Assembly (NCBI RefSeq): GCF_032191835.1
Contig: NC_083238.1
Coordinates: 27,156,001-27,220,000 of the forward strand
Length of the DNA: 64,000 nt
Direction of reading: 5' to 3'
Origin: Heteronotia binoei
Taxonomy: Eukaryota
The position numbers were made by a program, and so were the translations under genes. This document shows, piece after piece, positions 13,064-26,410 of this stretch (positions within the stretch are counted from its first letter, which is position 1; each line of letters begins with the position of its first letter). The notes under the pieces were generated by a model. That model had not been told where the DNA came from. It did not search any database and was given only the letters and a program-made list of their open reading frames with translations.

Positions 13064-13740
13064 TAGGGTTGCCAAGTCCAATTCAAGAAATATCTGGGGA
13101 CTTTGGGGGTGGAGCCAGGAGACATTGGGGGCGAAGCCAGGAACAAAGGTGTGACAAGCATAATTGAACTCCAAGGGAGTTCTGGCCATCACATTTAAAG
13201 GGACAGCACACCTTTTTAAATGCCTTCCTTCCATAGGAAATAATGGATAGGGGCACCTTCTTTTGGGGCTCATAGAATTGGACCCCCTGGTCCAATCGTT
13301 TTGAAACTTGGGGGGTACTTTGGGGAGAGGCACTAGATACTATATGGAAAATATGGTGCCTCTACCTCAAAAAACAGCTCCCCCAGAGCCCCCAAAACCT
13401 CCAGATCAATTCCCCATTATACCCTATGAGAATCAATCTCCACATAGGGAATAATATAGTGCTCAGCAGACGTTTCCCTCCCCCCCCCCCACCGTTTCTG
13501 GCAGCTCTGAAGCAAGGGAGTGGCCTCTCTACTCACGAGTTGCTGCCTACTTCTTCAAAGTAACACAGACACACCATCCCAAGAGGAAGCCTTTCAGTTG
13601 GAGACTGAAGCCTCCAGAGGGGGAAAGGCACATGATCCTCTGGGGGAGAGGCTTCCTCCCGCCGGCCAGCTGACTGGGGGCGGGAAGGAGCCTGGGAAAG
13701 CAGAAGAACTCCCGCTGGGACCTGGGGATTGGCAAGCCTA
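13064..13740. mobile_element. Non-autonomous hAT, long variant
   Basis: TAGGGTTGCC...GGCAAGCCTA; perfect 8-bp TSD GGCCCTGC. Confidence 0.9.
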
Positions 13741-16384
13741 GGCCCTGCTCCTTGCTCATTCTCGCCTGGATTCATGGTGAGCACAAAGGTAGGCACACTT
13801 GTATGGATGACTCCAGATAATTCAGTGTGTTGAAATCCAAATAGCTGCAACAGGATTTCTTGAGTGAGATACCTCCTTCAGCTTTCTCATATCCAAGCTA
13901 AAAATTCCTATTCTTACTACTCTATCATCTTTACCCATTTAACAATGTCGTTTGAATTGTGCTTCTTCTTTTAACATCTCCCCCCACCCCAAAATTCAAA
14001 ACTTCTGTTTAATAATTCATCAAGGGCAACATTCCATATGTATGCAATATTCTGCTTTACACATAGATCGCTGCATTCAGAATTGCCATGCGTTTTGCCT
14101 CCTCAAGTAGCAACTATTCCTGAGGCCCTTATAATCCACATTTCACATTGGCAGATGATGGCATGTATCTGACACTCTTATATTTTGAGTTTTGTCAGAG
14201 GATTCATACTGTAAACGAGTGGTATCGCCACAGGACTCAAGAAAGGGGAAATGTAGGTCAGCTGTAGAAACTCAGCAATTATAGGAGGAGTAAGACATGA
14301 CTGTTCATGTAACGAGACGAGAAAGACAGACATCCCCCAGGGTGTAGCAATGCCCATGCCTTGAAGTCTGTACTATCTACCAGTGCTTTCATTAGCTGTC
14401 CATTCATGTATTAAACATATCACATTGCTACAATTAAGGCTGGGTAACCTAATTTTTTTAATGAGACAAAAAGACTACTAGAGAAACAATGCTGTAATAT
14501 AATCCTCCCTGTTGCATGCTTGCCCAGATAATAATATTATACAATTCCCAGAAACCTGGTTTTTGAAGCACTACAGCTAGAAAATGTCACTGAAGTTTAG
14601 CAGCCTGATGAGTTACTTGAGAAGAGTGTTTTTTGAATACTGACAAAAGATACAAATGTTGTGTCCCCCACCCCCCCGCATTGGAAGGAAGTTCCATCCT
14701 GTTTAGTCCAGTGAACTGGGCAGGCTAACACACACAGTGTTTCCATATGCACATTACAGCACGCTTTGAACTCTGGGCTGGACACTTGTATGTCTTATTA
14801 TAATTAATCCTGGAATATTTAAAAAGCACTTTACTATTGCATTCCCATTCTAATAAAAGCCAGTCAGGTAGGGAATCAGGTTTCTGTTCTACAACATATT
14901 TTTGAACGAAAGCTCTGACTTTTGTTTTTTATATCTGAAGAAGTGAGCTGTGACACAGAAACTCATCTTGAAACAAAATGCTGCTAGTCTTCAAGGTGCC
15001 GCTGGATTTTTCTTCCATTTTCTTCCTGTGTTTTTAAAGCAGGCTTATACAATTTATGACTTTGCAGGTTGAGCGCAGCCTACAGGTAAAATCTGATGGC
15101 CCAGCTTAGCCTCAGTAAACATTCTGCTGTTATGGCTTGCCTGGAGCTTCAAAACCAAGGAATGGGAGTGTGTCAAAAACCTGGCAGACCCCAATGCAGA
15201 ATTCACAGGCTGTATTTGGAGTGGTGGGTCACAAGTATCACACAGACTTACTTTTTAAAAAAAATACTCAAAGCATGAGGCATTTGAGTACGAATCTGTT
15301 GTGTTACCCTGTAAATGGCACCCGCTATTAACTGTTATTTACAGAGAAGATAACAGTCAGCGTATCCTGAGTTGTTTGGATTGCTTACATTGAAACAATG
15401 TAAGAAATAAAGCAGGAGTCAAGTTGCCTCTTAGAGACCAACCAATTTTTATTTCGAACGTAAGCTTTTGTGTGCAACTTGACTCCTGCTTTGTTCAACT
15501 GCTTCAGACCAACACGGCTGCCCGCTTGGATCTATCTAAATGTAAGAAATAGTTATTACTGGAATGGAACCCATCAACACTCACAGAAACATATTTTTCT
15601 CCACTTTTCTCTTCCCTGGCCTCACAGTCCCTGAAAAGACTTTGTCAGGGGTTAGTGGACTCCATAGACAAAAAAATCCTTATGGTGTGTGTGCAGAGAG
15701 AGGGATGGTGAACTGTAGTGAGGGGCGGGGTGGAACCTCGATAAAGTTTCTGTTCCTCTTCTACCAGTGGAGCTTTCAACAGCTGAAACACTGCTGGATG
15801 AGGAGGAAGCAATTTTGCCCAGTTCCCTTCCTCACTACAGCCACCCCAATACCATTTTTTTCATCCACAAGGATCCTTTCCTCCCCCCCCCCCCCCCCGG
15901 CTACTCTTGGTAATGCTTTTTTGGGGATCATAAGGGTCTGTTGTGAAAGGGAGATATGGAAAGATTTACATCTAGAAATACTTTGGGCTATGGTTTGTAC
16001 CAGGATCCAGCCAAATGTTTTAAATTTGGATTTCTTGATATCATCAGGTTTAGAACTGTCATCAGTTATCCTTAAAACTTAGCTGCATTATTTATAAAAT
16101 TGTCTGTGTTTTCCTATTTTACATCTGTCTTGTTTCTTAGAAGATTCATATGGTTGGCAATATCCAACCAGATTTTTATATATTCTTTCTCTTTTTGTGT
16201 TTTAATTTGCTTATCTTTTCATTGTGTCCAGACCTGTACAGAGCATCATTTCAGATTGCTTAATATATATATATCTATAAGCCTTTAGAAGTTTTTTTAT
16301 TTCTTCCGGATGATAAAATACCTCATTAGTTTTGAATTTGCGTGAAGTTCACACTTTTCCTCTGTGATTTCTTTTACTTGTTAG

Positions 16385-16666
16385 GTTGTGGTGAACGCTC
16401 TTTTGGGAGCCATACCATCAATCATGAATGTACTTCTTGTGTGTCTTATATTCTGGCTCATCTTCAGCATTATGGGAGTAAATCTGTTTGCTGGCAAGTT
16501 CTACCACTGTGTTAATACATCCACTGGTGAAATGTTTGATATCAGCCAAGTTGACAATCAGACTCAATGTGAAGAACTCATAGAAAGAAATGAAACAGCC
16601 CGATGGAAAAATGTGAAAGTCAACTTTGATAACGTGGGTCTTGGTTACCTCTCTTTGCTTCAAGTA
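16385..16666 (+). CDS. SCN2A: Nav exon (282 bp), DIII S5 and extracellular loop ([14 protein letters not shown]...[10 protein letters not shown])
   Basis: ttgttag acceptor, GTA|gtaagt donor; ORF 16388..16696. Confidence 0.96.
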
Positions 16667-17631
16667 GTAAGTAGCCATTCTGTCCGTATTTCTTAAAGTA
16701 TCACTATCCAGCGCTTGCTTGCTTTCAGCAGTGGTGTCCCTCATTAGAAAGATAGAAAGACAAAGAACACAGTCTTTCCACAGTAAACTTGTTTCAAAAA
16801 TGCATGCATTTGCAACATTTTATGCATTTATTTATTTTCTTACTAAAACACTTATACCCTGCTTTTCCCTGCAGCTCAAAGCAGCTTACAGTTGTAAATT
16901 TAAAACATATAGCTAGGAGATCTGTCAATTTCCTTCATGAATGATTGAACTCTGATCTAAAATACACCCATTTGCACACACCAAACCCTAATCTTACCTA
17001 TTAACCCCAAATCTGCAAAATTAACATTTGCTCATTTGTTAATGGATTTTGGAAAATGGTATTTTATGGTGTGTATATGATAAAAATAGTTATGAAACCT
17101 GGATTATATCTTCCCTGATTTGTTAAATATTCTGTTCTACAACATATTTGTCACTGAAGTTTCTACTCACTGGGATGGAAGTTTATATTACCGTGCTATT
17201 CTAGGCACAGGATGCTTGATGTAGAACAAATGGCTTTATGAACAAGCACCTACGTACTAAATCAAAACCACTTCATTTAAATGCCTGTTTATGAGGATTA
17301 TGCTTTTCTGTCCCCATGTATGCCAACTGACCTTGAATGATCCTACAATCATTGATCTATTAGAAATCACCTTATTTTTTCATAGTCATTTGGTGTTCTA
17401 AGCATCCTGTAGTTTGTAAATTCCATTATTCACTGGAGGTATTTTTAAATAATTGCCTTGCTATGTATTTTACTACTAAAGGCCGAAAAAAACATTTAAA
17501 CTTATTTGGCTGGACAGCAAAGAGTTTCTTTCATTTAAAATACTACAGTGCTTATAAGTATATAACCATACATAGCATGAATGCTTTCTTTGAGAATGGT
17601 TGCTATCTTGCCTATGAAGAGCAGGCGTTAA

Positions 17632-18107
17632 CATAAGAACATAAGAGAAGCCATGTTAGATCAGGCCAATGGCCCATCCAGTCCAACACTCTGTATCACA
17701 CAGTGGCAAAAAAAAATTATATATACACACACACTGTGGCTAATAGCCACTGATGGACCCTCTGCTCCATATTTTTATCTAAACCCCTCTTGAAGGTGGC
17801 TATGCTTGTGGCCGCCACCACCTCCTGTGGCAGTGGATTCCACATGTTAATCACCCTTTGGGTGAAGAAGTACTTCCTTTTATTCGTTTTAACCTGTCTG
17901 CTCAGCAATTTCATCGAATGCCCATGAGTTCTTGTATTGTGAGAAAGGGAGAAAAGGACTTCTTTCTCTACTTTCTCCATCCCATGCATTATCTTGTAAA
18001 CTTCTATCATGTCACCCCGCAGTCGACATTTCTCCAAGCTAAAGAGCCCCAAGTGTTTCAACCTTTTTTCATAGGGAAAGTGTTCCAGCCCTTTAATCAT
18101 TCTAGTT
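17632..18107 (-). mobile_element. CR1 LINE 3' fragment with 7-bp TSD GCGTTAA
   Basis: ORF 17717..18100 (minus); tail (AACATAAG)n on + strand; TSD at 17625-17631 and 18108-18114. Confidence 0.93.
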
Positions 18108-18133
18108 GCGTTAAGTATATCTTTTGCTTGCAG

Positions 18134-18187
18134 GCCACTTTTAAAGGCTGGATGGATATCATGTATGCAGCGGTGGATTCACGAAAA
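18134..18187 (+). CDS. SCN2A: Nav exon (54 bp), DIII P-loop with the DEKA lysine (ATFKGWMDIMYAAVDSRK)
   Basis: cttgcag acceptor, AAA|gtaagt donor; embedded in ORF 17858..18268. Confidence 0.96.
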
Positions 18188-18455
18188 GTAAGTATGCTAC
18201 TGTGGCACATTTATTTATTTCTTTGGTCTCCAACTTCACACAACTATTATTTTGGCTATAATTTCTGAGGGCTGTTTTTGCATGTTCTTATTCTGAGCAC
18301 ATGAAGGTACCTTAGGCCAAGGCAGACCATTAGACCATCTCAATAGCTGGGAAATTTGCAAGCTAAGTGGGGCATGCTGCCTCCAGTAGAAAGGGAGGGG
18401 GGAAACAGCTCTGTTGCTCTATACTGTTACTGGTTCAGAGGAGCCTAGAGACAGA

Positions 18456-18742
18456 GGGCGTTTTCGCACTGACCTTACTCGGGATCGACGTCCCTCTTCA
18501 CCGCGCAGCGTCTGCGCGGATTTCGCACTAATTGCTCCGCAGAACCCGGAAGAGCCGCAAAGTCCTGCAGCTTTTGCGTTGCAAATGTAAACTGGCCAAA
18601 AACCAGTTTACATTTGCGACGCAGAAGCCGCGGGACTTTGCGGCTCTTCCGGGTTCTGCGGAGCAATTAGTGCGAAATCCGCGCAGATGCTGCGCGGTGA
18701 AGAGGGACGTCGATCCCGAGTAAGGTCAGTGCGAAAACGCCC
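18456..18742. mobile_element. Palindromic CpG-rich MITE (PIF/Harbinger-like by 3-bp TSD)
   Basis: GGGCGTTTTCGCACTGACCTTAC...GTAAGGTCAGTGCGAAAACGCCC; near-perfect full-length palindrome; TSD AGA. Confidence 0.85.
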
Positions 18743-18807
18743 AGAGCTGCAGCTGCATGTCACTGGGGCCTCTGTCCCCTCCCATCCCTGTAAAAAACAC
18801 ACGATAG

Positions 18808-19035
18808 CAGCCCTGACCTGAATAGCCTAGGCAAGCCCGATCTCATCAGACCTCGGAAGCTAAGCAAGATCAATTCTGACAAGTAGTTGGATAGGAGATC
18901 TCCTTGGAATACCAGGGCTGGGATACAGAGGCAGGCAATACAAGCCACCTCTCTGAATATCCTCCATGCCCCCAGAAGAGGTCAGTCACCAGAGGTCACC
19001 ATGACTTCAAGGTGCACACACACATGCACATAAAA
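18808..19035 (+). mobile_element. 5S rRNA-derived SINE (second copy ~39160-39360)
   Basis: GCCCGATCTCATCAGACCTCGGAAGCTAAGC...GGAATACC matches the 5S rRNA internal region, followed by an unrelated tail. Confidence 0.75.
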
Positions 19036-19452
19036 AATACCCCTCCAAAAAAGAAAAGAAAGGAACACAATAGCAATACAGCAGGCATAAGCTTCATTTT
19101 TAGGTGCTTCTGTGGGTTCTGCTTGTTGTCATTGGCATACTCCCATCTGCTTTTCTATCGTCTCTTCTTATTCCAAAGATATTTGTGTGTGTGTTTTGTT
19201 TCTTTTTGAGAGTGGCAGGAACGACATATTTGGAACTGCATTTATTTATTTATTGCACGGAATTATGCCCAAAAGTGCTGGAGTTCAGTTGAGAAGGTTT
19301 TTTTAGAACACAGTTGGAATGTGGATGTTATATAGCACCAATCAAATTGGATAACTATCCCGCTGTTTCCTTCTACTACTGCAGAAAGTGAACTTGAGTG
19401 CCACCAAAACCCTCCCTCTTGCATTCTGGGACCTTCCTTGGGGAAGCAATAG

Positions 19453-19660
19453 AACAAAGCAGTAGACAAGAGCACCTTTAAGACCAACTAAGTTTTATTC
19501 AGAATGTAAGCCTTCGTCTGCTCTTAAGCAGATTTCATCAGACAAAATGATGAAGTCTGCTTAAGAGCATACGAAAGCTTACATTCGGAATAAATTTTAG
19601 TTGGTCTTCAAGGTGCTCTTGTCTACTGATTTGTTATGTTGCTTCAGACCAAGACGGCTG
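19453..19660. mobile_element. Penelope-derived inverted terminal repeat (long hairpin); related termini at ~2185-2265, 14900-15010, 15412-15535, 39365-39500, 48985-49045, 49615-50010
   Basis: GCACCTTTAAGACCAAC and GCTTCAGACCAA-ACGGCT motifs shared with the Penelope remnant terminus. Confidence 0.7.
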
Positions 19661-19984
19661 CCTATTGGGGAAGTAATGTTAGTGTGTTTGTATGACTGTG
19701 TCCGTATCTTGTGAGGACTGACTGGCTGCCTTGCTGCTGGCATGCCAGATTGGTTTAATGTGGTTTCTGTGGTTTGACAGTAGTTCTTGAGGGCGTGTTT
19801 CAGTTAGTATTGCTGGGATTATCTGGTCTGATATTGTTTGTATTGGGTTTGCTACACTGGCCTGTGGGTCTCTGTTTTGACTGTCAGGCTTCCTGGTTCT
19901 ATTAGCGTTCAGAGGCTTTTTGCCCAGTGGTTGTTTGCTCTTGTGTGTTTTGGCTGTTGGCTTTGCCCTGAAGAAAGCCTGGAG

Positions 19985-21730
19985 CCTTCACCGGCTGGTG
20001 AAAGCCAGTCAGGATGGTCTCAGGGATTCTCTGGGTGATATTATCAACTTGTCCCTTTCAACAGGGACCTTCCCAGAGAAATTGAAGGAGGCAGTGGTTC
20101 GTCCGCTTTTGAAAAAAACATCATTAGATCCTGGGGTCTTGGCCAACTACCGCCCAGTTTCGAATTTACCGTTGCTGGGTAAGGTAGTTGAGAAAGCGGT
20201 GATGGAGCAGTTACAGGTTTTCCTGGATGAGACATCCGCCTTGGACCCATCCCAGTCCAGCTTTCGCCTGGGCCATGGGACGGAGACTGTCCTAGTCGCT
20301 CTCACAGATAACTTAAGACAGCATCTGGATCAAAGCGGGTCAGCGCTGCTGATACTTCTTGATCTGTCAGCAGCAATTGACATGGTCGATTACGACCTTA
20401 TGACCCAACACCTCGCCATAGCCAGAGTTCGGGGGGTGGCCTTACAATGGTTTTCCTCCTTTCTCCAGGGACGGGGACAAAGGGTGATGCTTGGCGAGCA
20501 GACTTCCTTGCGGCATCCACTTGTATGTGGAGTGCTGTAGGGAACCATTCTCTCACCAATATTATTTAACATCTATATGCGCCCCCTTGCCCAGATTGCC
20601 CAAAGTTTTGGGCTGGGTTGACTTGCCACCAGCTCTATCTGTTGATGGGTGGCTGGCCAGTCACCACCCCTGATCAGTTGTCCGAGACATTGGGAGCCAT
20701 GGCAGGGTGGTTACAACAGAGCCGGCTGAATCCAGCTAAGACAGAGGTCCTGTACCTGAGTCGCGGTGGGGTGGGTATGGGCATCAAGCTCCCAGCTTTG
20801 GACGGTGCTACATTGGTACCAGCCCAAAAGGTGAGGAGCTTGGGAGTGACCTTGGGTGCCTCCCTTTCCATGGAGGCCCAGATCACAATGATTGCCAGGT
20901 CTGCCTTTTGTTATCTTCGGCAGATCAGGCAGCTAGCACCATATCTATCCCCCCAGGACCTGGTTACAGTGATCCATGCAATGGTCACTTCCAGACTGGA
21001 CTACTGTAACTCACTCTATGCTGGCTTACCCTTGAGACTGATCCGGAAACTGCAGCGGGTGCAGAATGCAGCGGCTCGCCTGCTAACTGCACCATCTTTA
21101 CGGGTTGGCATTTGGCCGGCGCTCCGCAGTCTGCACTGGCTGCCCATTGAGTACAAGATCCGCTTCAAGGTTCTAATGCTAACATTTAAAGCCTTACGCG
21201 GCCTGGGACCAACATACCTGCGGGATCGTCTCTTTCCATATATGCCCAGGAGGTTGTTACATTCATCCTCCCAACATCTGTTGGCCATCCCCGGCCCAAG
21301 AGACAGCTGCCTTGCCTCAACTAGGGCCAGGACTTTTTCAGTCCTGGCCCCAACCTGGTGGAATCAGCTCCCTATTGAGATCCGGGCCCTACCTGGCTTA
21401 TTAGCCTTCCGAAGGGTCTGTAAATCGGAGCTGTTCCACCAGGCTTTTAGCTGAGGCTGCGGGTGTCTATTCTTGATCTGGTTGGCCTCCCCGGCCAGCA
21501 CTGTCATCTGTGCTAGGAACTGGAATAAAAACTGCCATCCCTATGAGATAACATGATGTGAGATGGCTGACTGGGCAATATGTGATGTCATGGTAATCTG
21601 AGTGCTGTTGAGTTGTCTGTTTTAAAATGTTTTTATTGTTTTATTATATGTTGTACTCCGCCCTGAGCCCTACGGGGAATGGACAGAATAGAAATGTACT
21701 AAAATAAATAAAATAATAAATAAAATAAAT
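19985..21730 (+). mobile_element. 5'-truncated, inactive L2-like (CR1-superfamily) LINE
   Basis: RT peptides in ORFs 19920..20540 and 20618..21454 (NYRPVSNLP, GHGTET, SRLDYCN); stop in GVPQG motif; YADD region deleted; (TAAA)n tail. Confidence 0.88.
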
Positions 21731-22100
21731 CCCCACCCCCCACCCCCTTAAGAAACAATGGAGTCAAGTAGGATGGCTGTGGCACTTGTTCAAGGGTCCA
21801 ACGCTTTGCCCTAATTTGCAGTACTATGACCCCAGCAATTTTGGTGTGATTTGGTTGAAAAACAGCCACGCCAGGCCCCTGCCTTTAGAAAAAGGTCAAT
21901 AATGGAACAAAAATAACTCCAGAATACCAGGGAAAAAAAACCCTGCACCTGATTACCAAAACAGTGTCAAGAGACCAGAATACCCTTAAATGCTGGTATT
22001 TATACACTTTCCAAAATCTGAATATGACAAATATCTTGTTTTCTAGGTGCACATTCTTATTATTGCTTGTTGCTGAGTATCATTTTGGGAGGCTTTAGAG

Positions 22101-22611
22101 CAGGAGTGTCAAACATGCAGCCCGCGGGCCAGATCTGGCCCACACAGGTCTCAAATCTATTCCCCAAGCAATCTTATTCTCCTTTCTCTTCCAGGGCTGC
22201 TACTGCAGCCGCACCGTAGCTGAATTTTTCCCTAGCTTCTTCTGTGGCTCTTTGCTTTCTGCCTCTTACCTGCACAACTGAAGGTTGTGGTTTCTAATGT
22301 CAGACTCATATTCATTTATTATTTGCATCCTCCTGGACTGAATCCTCCTGAATAGAATTGAGATCTAGGTTTCCTGTCTCATTAGCAAGACTGGTATCTC
22401 CACACCTACTAATCCTTTGCATATCACACCTAATCCAATCAAGCCTGCTATTGTCATTCGTCTGCTACTGCCATTTGACATCTGAAATCACCTTTATAAA
22501 GTTTATATCTCCAGTATTTCATGTTACATTTTATGGCATGCATGGCTCAGCGCAACGAAGTGACATTTACATCATATCCGTCCCTTGCAATAAATGAGTT
22601 CAACGCCTCTG
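22101..22611. mobile_element. Non-autonomous hAT-Charlie-type element
   Basis: CAGGAGTGTCAAAC...TTCAACGCCTCTG; perfect TSD CTTTAGAG. Confidence 0.85.
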
Positions 22612-22773
22612 CTTTAGAGCTCTATAGAAACTTCTGATCATTTTACCCGAGAATGGTTCGGTTAAATTAAACTGGTATTAATCATTGGTCTTGACTACAT
22701 AAGAACAAAAGTATTCCAATTTTATATTAATTGATAATGTTTATTTGGTATAACATTTGTGTTTACTTTGTAG

Positions 22774-23911
<1,138 letters not shown>

Positions 23912-24016
23912 TTTGGAGGTCAAGACATCTTTATGACAGAAGAACAGAAAAAATACTACAACGCAATGAAAAAACTAGGGTCCAAGAAGCCACAGAAACC
24001 TATTCCTAGGCCAGCG
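23912..24016 (+). CDS. SCN2A: Nav exon (105 bp), DIII-DIV inactivation gate ([16 protein letters not shown]...KPIPRPA); IFM at 23927-23935
   Basis: ac acceptor, GCG|gtaagc donor; ORF 23894..24190. Confidence 0.95.
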
Positions 24017-24490
24017 GTAAGCCTCTGGAGCTTTACTATGATTATTTACTTTTTTGTCCTTTTGAATTATGTCTTGGAGTTAGTTGCTTTGCAGATAAGT
24101 GGTGATTTTCATACAGTCATAATTGAACCCGCTGTTATATTGAAGGCAACTTATCATTGGAAAGAACTTTTTAAAAAAACATTTTCTTAAACTGCTTTTG
24201 TCTGAATACTGGAAACCATAAGCATACCTACTATTACTAACTTGGAACACTATTACCATAAAATTTTAACTTGTTATCCTTCCAACACTATTCAGATAAT
24301 GGCCATAAAACCCACTAATTCATTTATTTCCAGTGCCATGTTGTCCCACCTCCTGGAAGGTCCAATAGAGGTCAAGAAAGTAGTTATGTTGCTGACTCCT
24401 CTCATATGGTCTTTGTAAATCATGAGGTAACTGAATAAGGTAACTGAATCATGAGGTAACTGAATAAGGCATCCTTTCCTTCATCCACAG

Positions 24491-24761
24491 AACAAATTCC
24501 AAGGCATGGTTTTTGATTTTGTAACAAAGCAAGCCTTTGACATCAGCATCATGATTCTTATCTGCCTTAACATGGTCACCATGATGGTAGAAACAGATGA
24601 CCAAACTGATGCAATGGAGAACATTTTGTACAGAATTAACCTGATCTTCATTGTCCTTTTCACCGGAGAATGTGTCCTGAAACTGATTTCTCTCCGATAT
24701 TATTATTTCACCATTGGCTGGAACATTTTTGATTTTGTGGTTGTCATTTTATCCATTGTAG
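24491..24761 (+). CDS. SCN2A: Nav exon (271 bp), DIV S1-S3 ([14 protein letters not shown]...VVVILSIV)
   Basis: ccacag acceptor, G|gtaagg donor; ORF 24506..24844. Confidence 0.96.
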
Positions 24762-25177
24762 GTAAGGACAAAATCAATTCAGTAGAAGGTTACATGGAAA
24801 ATTTAATCAATGAATTCTTTTTTTACTTTAAAATTAATTTCTAGGAAGACTATTACTGAACACTGTTAATTAACAGATCTCGTGCATTATCTGTTGTATT
24901 CACCATTCTGTAGAGTTTTTGTGCTTGTGTGCATAAGAAGTGCTTCAGCATATATAGAGAGAAATATTACACATTACTCTCCTACAGTAGTTTTAAAAAT
25001 CCTCACACTTACTAGAGGTATCCTAGCTAAACACTCATGGCTTAACCTGCTGTAAGTATATAGTACATTAAGCGAAAGCTTGGAATCTAATTATCTGCAG
25101 CATGTACAAATAGTCAATATTTTAAAAGGTTAAGTCTGGGGTCTACAACTTTTAACATTCAATAGATGTAATTATAA

Positions 25178-26410
<1,233 letters not shown>

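Noticed and set aside
15564-16082. 172-aa ORF
   Set aside because: Intronic, crosses a poly-C run, no recognisable domain, no splice or start context
18475-18723. Near-identical peptides on both strands (also 30558-30845, 55744-56201, 29010-29312)
   Set aside because: Artefact of the palindromic MITE, not genes
18830-18915. Apparent 5S rRNA gene (also 39170-39260)
   Set aside because: Diverged, 5' end absent, fused to a SINE tail
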